Source of the DNA: Candidatus Saganbacteria bacterium
GTDB lineage: Bacteria; Margulisbacteria; WOR-1; JAKLHX01
DNA: 10,787 nt
Reading direction: 5' to 3'
NCBI GenBank assembly: GCA_026387835.1
Contig: JAPLKZ010000009.1
Location: 1 to 10,787, forward strand
A program made the position numbers and the translations under genes. The notes below the pieces were generated by a model. It had not been told where the DNA came from. It searched no databases and saw nothing but the letters and a program-made list of their open reading frames with translations. Below are positions 1 through 6,580 of this stretch, in pieces; position 1 is the stretch's first letter; each line of letters opens with the position of its first letter.

Positions 1-457
1 CATACGACTCATTTCCCCACGGATATATTCTTCCTTCAGTCCCTCTTGCCGCGAATTCCCATTGTGCTTCTGTAAGCAGACCGAACTTCCTGCCAGTTGT
101 TTCCATTAGAAATTTGCAGTATTCGGTTGCATCGTTCCAGGGAACATTAACTACAGGATGCAGCGCCAATTCTGTGTTAGCCACAAGTTGAGGTATCTCT
201 CTATTCATTGCTTGAAGAAAACCAAGGTATTCACCGTTCGTCACAGGATATTTGCCTATGGCAAAATCTCTTAATGTGACCTTTCTTATAGGCTGGGCAT
301 CGTTAAACCTTGTGCTGCCCATTGAGAACTTCCCGCCGGCAACCCTTACCATTTTGGGAAGGTTTATATGTATCCCTCCTGTTATCGGCGTTAATATCAT
401 CTTTCTTGCTTCTAAACTTGATACTCTCCTTCCGCCAATTACCGTTCCTATTGCCAT
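1..457 (-). CDS. FGE-sulfatase (SUMF1-like, formylglycine-generating-enzyme fold) domain protein, N-terminal part; C-terminus runs off the left edge
   Basis: Manual reverse-strand translation (missed by the ORF track): MAIGTVIGGRRVSSLEARKMILTPITGGIHINLPKMVRVAGGKFSMGSTRFNDAQPIRKVTLRDFAIGKYPVTNGEYLGFLQ...LHPVVNVPWNDATEYCKFLMETTGRKFGLLTEAQWEFAARGTEGRIYPWGNESY. Hallmarks: V.GG.F.MGS, YPVTN.EY, HPVVNV.W.DA..YC, LLTEAQWEFAARG, YPWGNE. AAGGAG lies 7 nt upstream of the ATG (465-470, rc). Confidence 0.88.
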   Translation of the reverse strand, partial: MAIGTVIGGRRVSSLEARKMILTPITGGIHINLPKMVRVAGGKFSMGSTRFNDAQPIRKVTLRDFAIGKYPVTNGEYLGFLQAMNREIPQLVANTELALHPVVNVPWNDATEYCKFLMETTGRKFGLLTEAQWEFAARGTEGRIYPWGNESY

Positions 458-544
458 TCCTTTTCTCCTTATTTGCTAAAATTTGTCTCATATAGTTATC
501 GGACATATTTGCAGTAAATTTCACTCGATTAAAAATATGCTAAA

Positions 545-1084
545 ATGGTAAAAATGGATAAAAAAGCCGCCCTCAAGAAACTCCTTAAGCAGAATGCCGT
601 GAAGACCGGTGAATTCACCCTTTCTTCCGGCGGAAAAAGCAATTTCTATGTCGACGGTAAGCAGATCACGCTGCATCCCGAAGGCCTGTCCCTTGTTGCA
701 GAGATCATCCTGGACAAGATAAAGGACTGCAAAGCAATAGGTATCGGCGGGATGACGATCGGTGCTGACCCTATCGCGGCCGCAGTAGCTGTACTGAGCG
801 CAAAGACAGGTGACTCGATACCAGCTTTTATCGTCAGGAAAGTGCAGAAAGAGCACGGGCTACAGAAAAAGATCGAGGGTATTATTAAACCCGGTTCAAA
901 TGTCATAATAGTGGATGATGTGATAACAAAAGGGACCGCGACGCTCGGTGCGATAGCGGCCGTCGAAGAGATCGGGTGCAAGGTGGTAAAGGTAATCTGT
1001 CTCGTCGACAGGCAGGAAGGCGGGGCCGAAGCTCTCCAGGAATACGATTTTGACCCGATATTCAGGAAAGAGGAACTGATCTGA
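545..1084 (+). CDS. pyrE: orotate phosphoribosyltransferase (start could be the in-frame ATG at 554)
   Basis: PRPP-binding motif VIIVDDVITKGTAT; FTLSSGGKSNFYVDGKQITLHPEG; IGIGGMTIGADPIAAAVA; AFIVRKVQKEHG. Confidence 0.95.
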   Translation: MVKMDKKAALKKLLKQNAVKTGEFTLSSGGKSNFYVDGKQITLHPEGLSLVAEIILDKIKDCKAIGIGGMTIGADPIAAAVAVLSAKTGDSIPAFIVRKVQKEHGLQKKIEGIIKPGSNVIIVDDVITKGTATLGAIAAVEEIGCKVVKVICLVDRQEGGAEALQEYDFDPIFRKEELI

Positions 1085-1713
1085 TGGCAAAAAAAAGGGT
1101 CGCAAAACTGCTGAGAAAGACAAAAGAGACATCGATAAGCGTCAATTTGAACATCGACGGCACGGGCAAAAGCAATATCTTCTACCCTATCCCCTTCATA
1201 GGCCATATGCTGACGCTCTTTTCAAAACACGGGCTTTTTAACCTTGACCTGAAGGCAAAGGGCGATGTGGAAGTGGACATGCACCACCTCATCGAGGACA
1301 CTGGACTTACGCTCGGCGAAGCTTTCGCAAAGGCGCTGGGAAAGAAACTTAAGATCGAGCGCTATGGCCACGCGATAATCCCGATGGATGAATCCCTTGC
1401 AGAAGTTAAAGCGGCGATAGACCTTTCCGGAAGGCCGCATCTGACGTTCAAGGGGAATTTCGAAAAGGAGCTGATCACCGCAAGGGTAGTAAAAAGCTAC
1501 GTGAAACTTTACCTTGATAGGGAGATGCTGCGGGAATTTTTTGAATCGTTCGTCTATAAAGCCGGGATGTCCTTACATATTGACATCATAAGAGGGAAAA
1601 ACTCTCATCACAAGATAGAAGCTGTCTTTAAAGCGCTTGGTATTGCCATGTGCATGGCCTGCAAAGTAAATCCCAGAAAAAGGGGCGTACCTTCAACAAA
1701 GGGAAGACTGTGA
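1084..1713 (+). CDS. hisB: imidazoleglycerol-phosphate dehydratase (divergent)
   Basis: RKTKETSISVNLNIDGTGKS, HML, GDVEVDMHHLIEDTGLTLGEA, PMDESLAEVKAAIDLSGRP, GKNSHHKIEAVFKALG, STKGRL. Start overlaps the pyrE stop (TGATG). Confidence 0.88.
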   Translation: MAKKRVAKLLRKTKETSISVNLNIDGTGKSNIFYPIPFIGHMLTLFSKHGLFNLDLKAKGDVEVDMHHLIEDTGLTLGEAFAKALGKKLKIERYGHAIIPMDESLAEVKAAIDLSGRPHLTFKGNFEKELITARVVKSYVKLYLDREMLREFFESFVYKAGMSLHIDIIRGKNSHHKIEAVFKALGIAMCMACKVNPRKRGVPSTKGRL

Positions 1714-2232
1714 TCATTTTTTAAGCTGAACGCCCTGCGATCTTGAATCGATCTCTTTTATGAGTGCTTTCACACCTTCGTAAAGCCCTTCTCCGTATTT
1801 GCTTTTTTTGAAATACGGGACTACTATATCGTCAAGAAGCTTTTCGGAAAATTCTTCACTGATTAGAGGCTCGAGACCGAACCCTATTTCCGTCTCGATG
1901 CGCCGCTCGTAAAGCGCGACCAGTATAAGTATCGCCTCGTGCTTATTCTTACCGAGCTTCCATTTATTGAACAGGAAGAACGCGTAGTTCTCCGGGGAAA
2001 GAGGTTTTGTGTTGCCGAAAACCGCGATGACGATCTCTATGCCGGCCCTTTTTTCAAAATCTCCGCATAACTGTATAAGCTTCCCGATGTGGTCGCCGAG
2101 TATCGCTTCATAATCGTTCACAAGCCCTGACTGCTTGGGAGGCGCCGGGATCCTGCTGAAATCAAATTTATACCCGCACTCGCAGCCTTTTTTCCATTCG
2201 GGGATGCTCTTGTTGCACTTGGGGCATTTCAT
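1714..2232 (-). CDS. N-terminal zinc ribbon plus TPM (YgcG/TPM_phosphatase-type) domain protein
   Basis: MKCPKCNKSIPEWKKGCECGYKF zinc ribbon (CxxC...CxC) followed by TPM-like LVNDYEAILG...FEKRAGIEIVIAVFG...YAFFLFNKWKLGKNKHEAILILVALYERRIETEIGFGLEPLI...VPYFKKSKYGEGLYEGVKALI. Confidence 0.8.
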   Translation of the reverse strand: MKCPKCNKSIPEWKKGCECGYKFDFSRIPAPPKQSGLVNDYEAILGDHIGKLIQLCGDFEKRAGIEIVIAVFGNTKPLSPENYAFFLFNKWKLGKNKHEAILILVALYERRIETEIGFGLEPLISEEFSEKLLDDIVVPYFKKSKYGEGLYEGVKALIKEIDSRSQGVQLKK

Positions 2233-2240
2233 TTTAAAAA

Positions 2241-2249
2241 ATTATACCA
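2241..2249 (-). promoter_or_regulatory. candidate extended -10 promoter (TGGTATAAT) for the TPM gene
   Basis: Reverse strand reads TGGTATAAT-N8-ATG with no clear -35 and no SD before the ATG at 2232. Confidence 0.5.
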
Positions 2250-2254
2250 TACTA

Positions 2255-3298
2255 TCACATGACATGAGGAGTTATCATGAACACGACCTCTGTTTTCGTC
2301 TTTTCCATTACCCTTTTTGTAAAAAGCTCCTTCAGTAAAGGCACATCGCCGGCCAAAGGGATCTTCATTATGTTCTCCCTGTCAAGTTCGTCTATCAGGC
2401 CCCCGATGACTATCGTCTCTCCGTCTTTCACGCGCACGTAAGCATCCGCGTTCCTTGTCGCGATAACGGGGAATTCCCCCGCCGCGGTCGCCCGCCACTC
2501 GGATATCGCGCTGACCTCCGGATGGATCAGTACGGAGATCTGGCCGTCACTTCCGAGTTTGGGTGTTATTTTAAGCGAGACACCCGCGTCTATATACTGG
2601 ACCGTCCATTGCGTCGCCGAAGAAGCGGAAGAGACAGGCACCGCGTAAGGGATCTTGCTGCCGATATTTACGTTCGCTTCCGTATTATCAAGGGTCGACA
2701 CCTTCGGGTTCGCTATCAGCCTGGCCTGGCCTTTTGAAACCAGGGCGTTCAGGACCGAAGAGATCTTTTCGGCGTTGAATTTGCCGCTGTCCGGATCATA
2801 GGCAAAATTAAAACTGCCCGCGGGGCTCCCCCAGGAGACCCCGAGCGTCTTGAGCCCGCTTTCCGATATTTCCACGATCCTGCTTTCTATCATTATCTGG
2901 GGAGAGTACCTGTCTATCGATCTCAGGATGTTTTTGATCTCAAAAAGATCTTTCGGCTTTGCCTTTGTCACAAGCATACTGGACCTTTCTCCTTCGACGA
3001 ATACGCAGTCCGGAAACAGCCTGCAAAGTATGTCCGAAGCTTTTTTGGCCGTTATGTATTTCAGATCAAAAGTCCCGCATACCGGCATCATCTCTTCCCC
3101 GTTCTCGACGGCATTTTGTTTCTGGATAAAGACCGCTTCGCCTTCGCGGGTCTGGACGACCGGTGTCGGATTTTTCGACAGTTCACTTTGCTGCAGGCTG
3201 TCTTCGCTTGAAGATTGAGAAGGTGAAATATCAGGCCCGCCAGAGCAGGACGATAGGAAAAACACCGCTATCAAAAGAAAAAATATGATTCTGCCCAT
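2255..3298 (-). CDS. short lipoprotein secretin (GspD/PilQ superfamily)
   Basis: Signal peptide with lipobox FFLSSC; secretin N-domain-like segment FDLKYITAKKASDIL...KNILRSID; secretin core ARLIANPKVSTLDNTEANVNIGSKIPYAVP...GVSLKITPKLGSDGQISVLIHPEVS...PVIATRNADAYVRVKDGETIVIGGLI...KIPLAGDVPLLKELF...EVVFMITPHVM. AAGGAGG SD (rc of 3308-3314). Confidence 0.92.
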   Translation of the reverse strand: MGRIIFFLLIAVFFLSSCSGGPDISPSQSSSEDSLQQSELSKNPTPVVQTREGEAVFIQKQNAVENGEEMMPVCGTFDLKYITAKKASDILCRLFPDCVFVEGERSSMLVTKAKPKDLFEIKNILRSIDRYSPQIMIESRIVEISESGLKTLGVSWGSPAGSFNFAYDPDSGKFNAEKISSVLNALVSKGQARLIANPKVSTLDNTEANVNIGSKIPYAVPVSSASSATQWTVQYIDAGVSLKITPKLGSDGQISVLIHPEVSAISEWRATAAGEFPVIATRNADAYVRVKDGETIVIGGLIDELDRENIMKIPLAGDVPLLKELFTKRVMEKTKTEVVFMITPHVM

Positions 3299-3341
3299 AC
3301 ATTAGATCCTCCTTGGATATGTATGAGCAATTTGGATGCCA

Positions 3342-3529
3342 AGCCCTCACCCCCGCCTGCCATCGCTACGCTCAGGCGTTGGCGGGCAGGCCAACCCTCT
3401 CCCCGATCCGATCGGGGCGAGGGAGCGCAATTTTATGATGATTGAATAATTCACTAACAATTTTATTTTGACCCTCTCCCTTTGGGAGAAGCTTGTCCCG
3501 CCTCCCTGGCGGGAGGAAGGGTGAGGGCT
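3342..3529. repeat. nested inverted-repeat element, MITE/REP-like, between the secretin gene and pyrC
   Basis: Perfect 11-bp outer inverted repeat AGCCCTCACCC (3342-3352) / GGGTGAGGGCT (3519-3529). Internal hairpins: GCCTGCC 3355-3361/3385-3391; CCCTCTCCCCGATC 3395-3408 / GATCGGGGCGAGGG 3410-3423 (1 mismatch); TCTCCC 3475-3480/3484-3489; CCCGCC 3497-3502/3508-3513. AT-rich core flanked by 9-bp direct repeats CAATTTTAT at 3428-3436 and 3458-3466. Confidence 0.75.
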
Positions 3530-3536
3530 GGGTTCT

Positions 3537-4826
3537 CTACTTCACCAATACTCCGTCCTTAACTACGATCTTTCCTCTGACTATGGTATAGAGTGCCCGG
3601 CCCTTGAGCTTCCATCCTGCGAAGGGAGTGTTCCTGCTTTTTGAGGCGAACTTGCCGGGATCGACCGTCCATTCGCCAAGATCAATTATGGTCAGGTCGG
3701 CATCCCCGCCGATCTTTAAGGAGCCTTTGTCGATGCCAAGTATCTTTGCGGGATTTACGGTCATTTTCGTGACAGCATCGATTAATGAAAGCACCTTTGT
3801 CTCAACAAGTTCGGTCATGACAAGCCCTAGCGCGGTCTCGAGACCGATGATGCCGAACGCCGCGGATGCGAACTCGACGTTCTTTTCTTCGACTGTGTGG
3901 GGAGCATGGTCGGTGGCAATGGCATCGATGGTCCCGTCCTTCAGGCCCTCTATCACAGCGGCGACATCGGATTCGCTGCGCAGCGGAGGATTCATCTTTG
4001 CGTTCGTGTTGTATCCTTCGACCGCTGCTTCGGTCAGCGTGAAGTAATGCGGGGCTGTTTCACAGGTTATATTTATCCCCTTTGCTTTCGCGCGCCTGAT
4101 CTTCTCTACGGAACCCGCGGTCGAGACATGCGCTATATGCACGTGGCCGAACTCGCTTGCCAGCAGGATATCCCTTTCGACCATTATCTCTTCCGCGATA
4201 GGAGGTATGCCCTTCAGGCCCCAGATAGTGGAAAGATAGCTTTCGTTCATGTATCCGCCGTCAGATAGCTGATGGTCTTCCGAATGCGATATGACCGTCC
4301 TGCCGAACTGCCTCGCGTATTCGAGCGCGTGCCTCATCACATTTGAATCCGTCACGCATCTCCCGTCATCCGAGAACGCGACCGCCCCGGCTTCGATCAT
4401 CTGGCCCATCTCCGCGATCTCTTCGCCTTTTAATCCCTTTGTTATCGCCCCCACCGGGAAGACATTTACGGCGCCTGATTGCATGGTCTTTGAGATCATG
4501 TATTCTATGACCGCGCTGTTATCGGCAACAGGATCGGTGTTGGCCATGCAGGCGACCGATGTGAACCCGCCTTTCGCGGCCGCCCGCGTCCCGGTAAATA
4601 TCGTCTCTTCGTCCTCCCTGCCCGGGTCCCTCAAATGGACGTGCATGTCGATAAGGCCGGGAAGTACTATCTTTCCTTTTGCGTTTATCGTTTCAGCCGA
4701 CGGGATGCTTGCGATGTTCTTTGTGATCTCCCTTATTTTCCCGTTCTCGACCAAAATATCACGCTCATCGTCAAGCCCGCTCGACGGGTTTATCACCCTT
4801 CCGTTCCTTATCAGCAGCAATGCCAT
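3537..4826 (-). CDS. pyrC: dihydroorotase (class I type)
   Basis: [51 protein letters not shown]; [14 protein letters not shown]; ATDHAPHT; [11 protein letters not shown]; C-terminal [20 protein letters not shown]. Confidence 0.96.
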   Translation of the reverse strand: MALLLIRNGRVINPSSGLDDERDILVENGKIREITKNIASIPSAETINAKGKIVLPGLIDMHVHLRDPGREDEETIFTGTRAAAKGGFTSVACMANTDPVADNSAVIEYMISKTMQSGAVNVFPVGAITKGLKGEEIAEMGQMIEAGAVAFSDDGRCVTDSNVMRHALEYARQFGRTVISHSEDHQLSDGGYMNESYLSTIWGLKGIPPIAEEIMVERDILLASEFGHVHIAHVSTAGSVEKIRRAKAKGINITCETAPHYFTLTEAAVEGYNTNAKMNPPLRSESDVAAVIEGLKDGTIDAIATDHAPHTVEEKNVEFASAAFGIIGLETALGLVMTELVETKVLSLIDAVTKMTVNPAKILGIDKGSLKIGGDADLTIIDLGEWTVDPGKFASKSRNTPFAGWKLKGRALYTIVRGKIVVKDGVLVK

Positions 4827-4827
4827 G

Positions 4828-5601
4828 TCACTGTTTCTTTCTTCCTATTATCTTTGATATTATCTCCCCTAACCTGGCCGCTTTGATCATTTTCTTGTCC
4901 TTCAGCTCTAACAGGGCTTCTTTGGCTGCGTTCTGTTCCGCTTCCTTTTTTGAAAAACCTTTGCCGGACCCGAACTTTACCCCCTTCACCTTAGCTTCGA
5001 TCCAGAAGACTTTTTTGTGCTTGGGTCCGGCCTCTTTTTTTACGGCGTAGAAAGGCAATCCCCATTTGTTCTTCTGGCAGAACTCCTGCAGGGCCGATTT
5101 ATAATCGATCATAAAATCATCGGCGCTCGCTCTATCCACGGAATCCTTCAGGAGACGTATGACCGCATCCCTTGCCTTATCTATCCCGTTGTCAAGGAAT
5201 ATCGCGGCGATTATGGCCTCAAGCGCGTTGGCGATGTTCGACTTTTTTTTCTCGCCTCCCGAAGACCTTTCGTTCTTTCCGAGCAGGAGGTAATGCCCGA
5301 GGTCCAGGTCTTTTGCTATTTCCGAAAGCGAGAGGTCGGACACGACCGCCGCCCTCATTTTTGTGAGGTCCCCCTCGGAATAATCCGGATATCTACTAAA
5401 TATATAGTCGGAGACCACCAGCTTCAGCACCGCGTCCCCCAGGAACTCGAGCCTTTCGTTGTCGGACAGCCCGCTCATTTTGTTCTCGTTGATATAGCTG
5501 CTGTGCGTAAGGGCCCGGTTAAGCAATGCCTCGGAAGTAAAGGGGATGCTGAGCTTGTCTTTTAACTCTCTGATCTTCTGGTCTCTCTCTGGGGTGAGCA
5601 T
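4828..5601 (-). CDS. rnc: ribonuclease III
   Basis: [21 protein letters not shown] signature and C-terminal dsRBD ([13 protein letters not shown]...[23 protein letters not shown]). The track ORF extends to 5700, but the upstream 33 aa are non-homologous-looking and overlap the divergent gene; [17 protein letters not shown] at 5601 is the natural start. Confidence 0.95.
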   Translation of the reverse strand: MLTPERDQKIRELKDKLSIPFTSEALLNRALTHSSYINENKMSGLSDNERLEFLGDAVLKLVVSDYIFSRYPDYSEGDLTKMRAAVVSDLSLSEIAKDLDLGHYLLLGKNERSSGGEKKKSNIANALEAIIAAIFLDNGIDKARDAVIRLLKDSVDRASADDFMIDYKSALQEFCQKNKWGLPFYAVKKEAGPKHKKVFWIEAKVKGVKFGSGKGFSKKEAEQNAAKEALLELKDKKMIKAARLGEIISKIIGRKKQ

Positions 5602-5630
5602 TTGACAATATATTTTACAGTATGTAGAAT
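5602..5630 (+). promoter_or_regulatory. sigma70-type promoter, TTGACA-N17-TAGAAT, for the 5668 gene
   Basis: -35 TTGACA at 5602-5607 (perfect consensus), -10 TAGAAT at 5625-5630 (5/6), spacer exactly 17; predicted start near 5637, about 30 nt before the ATG. Confidence 0.72.
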
Positions 5631-5640
5631 AAATTATCAA
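5612..5640 (-). promoter_or_regulatory. sigma70-type promoter, TTGATA-N17-TAAAAT, for rnc
   Basis: Reverse strand: -35 TTGATA (rc of 5635-5640, 5/6), spacer 17, -10 TAAAAT (rc of 5612-5617, 5/6); 10 nt between the -10 and the rnc ATG. Confidence 0.6.
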
Positions 5641-5667
5641 GGCAAATAAACCTGAAAGGAAAACCTC

Positions 5668-6579
5668 ATGAGAGGAACTCTCTCCCCGATACTCAGCCAT
5701 CTCGTAAAAACGACCATCTCAGCCGTGGGAGAAAAGGAAAAGCTTAACCGTTTTATCAACAAATACCGCAAGATGCTGAGGTATGTGGAGGGCGGCATAA
5801 ATATATCTGAGATAAGGTTCGGTCTTGCCGATCTCCTGATAACAAGGGACGATCAGAGCGACTGGTCGGAAGCAAAGACCCATTATGATTTTGTCCTTGA
5901 ACACGCTCCTTACGGATACTTAAGGTTCGCGGCGATGATAGGAAAGGCCGAACTTGCCATAAGGGCTTCGCAAAATAAAGAACTCGATTCCGCGATAGAG
6001 CTTGCACAGAGATCGCTTAAAAATCTTAATTCTCTGGTCGGGCCGAGCGATTTTTACAGCACAAAATGCCTCGTGGTGGAAGCGGAGCTCCTGATAAAAC
6101 GGGGGGCGGAACGCGACAAGACAAACGCGAAAAAACTTTTCGAAAAAGCTTACAATGACTCCATGGCCGACCATTATTTCAGGGGCAGGGCGATCGTAGG
6201 GCGGTCCGAGATCATGCTGTATGAAAAGAAAAAAGATGTCAACAAGGAGATACAGCTCTGCCATGATGCCATCGACCTTCTCGAGGAAAAATCCGATGAT
6301 TATTTTGCCATCAAGGCAAAATTGCTGCAGGGGGAATTCATAGCTCAGAGGATGGCGCATTATGATAAATCCCGCGCGACCGGGATATTCATGGGTATAA
6401 TCGGTAACAAGAACGCCGATGCCGACCTTGTATGCAGGGCAAAACTCAATCTCGCAGAAATAAGCGACAGGGCCAAGGCTCTCAAGCTAATCAAAGAGGT
6501 CCTGTCGGTAAAACCTCTCGACCCGTACCTTTCATCCCGCGCGAAGTCCCTAGGAAAGGCCGTCAAGGCAAAAAAATAA
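5668..6579 (+). CDS. uncharacterised alpha-helical, TPR-like repeat protein
   Basis: 303 aa; repeated helix-pair pattern (AKTHYDFVLEHAPYGYLRFAAMIGKAELAI; AIELAQRSLKNL; AKKLFEKAYNDS...RGRAIVGRSEIML; IQLCHDAIDLLEEKSDDYFAIKAKLLQGEFIAQ; ALKLIKEVLSVKPLDPYLSSRAKSLG). AAAGGA SD 7 nt upstream of the ATG. Confidence 0.7.
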   Translation: MRGTLSPILSHLVKTTISAVGEKEKLNRFINKYRKMLRYVEGGINISEIRFGLADLLITRDDQSDWSEAKTHYDFVLEHAPYGYLRFAAMIGKAELAIRASQNKELDSAIELAQRSLKNLNSLVGPSDFYSTKCLVVEAELLIKRGAERDKTNAKKLFEKAYNDSMADHYFRGRAIVGRSEIMLYEKKKDVNKEIQLCHDAIDLLEEKSDDYFAIKAKLLQGEFIAQRMAHYDKSRATGIFMGIIGNKNADADLVCRAKLNLAEISDRAKALKLIKEVLSVKPLDPYLSSRAKSLGKAVKAKK

Positions 6580-6580
6580 A

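Noticed and set aside
303-524. 73-aa - strand ORF and 61/75-aa + strand ORFs at the left end
   Set aside because: They overlap the FGE-sulfatase gene in other frames; the FGE frame has clear family motifs and a good SD.
646-1206. 186-aa ORF on the - strand
   Set aside because: Antisense to pyrE/hisB; composition and lack of motifs indicate a shadow ORF of a well-supported gene.
3395-3423. Strong hairpin CCCTCTCCCCGATC/GATCGGGGCGAGGG as an intrinsic terminator
   Set aside because: No U-tract follows it on either strand; better explained as a component of the inverted-repeat element.
3342-3529. CRISPR-like or protein-coding interpretation of the repeat region
   Set aside because: No regularly spaced identical repeats with unique spacers and no ORF; the structure is palindromic, not CRISPR.
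4291-4857. 188-aa and neighbouring 147/123-aa ORFs on the + strand (3604-4857)
   Set aside because: Mirror-frame ORFs within pyrC, which has full-length unambiguous motifs; no RBS or recognisable domain.
5017-5565. 182-aa ORF on the + strand
   Set aside because: Antisense to rnc; Arg/Pro/Phe-rich shadow translation.
5602-5700. N-terminal 33-aa extension of RNase III (MAEYRGESSSHEVFLSGLFALIIYSTYCKIYCQ)
   Set aside because: Lies across the divergent promoter region and overlaps the 5668 gene; RNase III proteins normally begin near the MLTPERD position.
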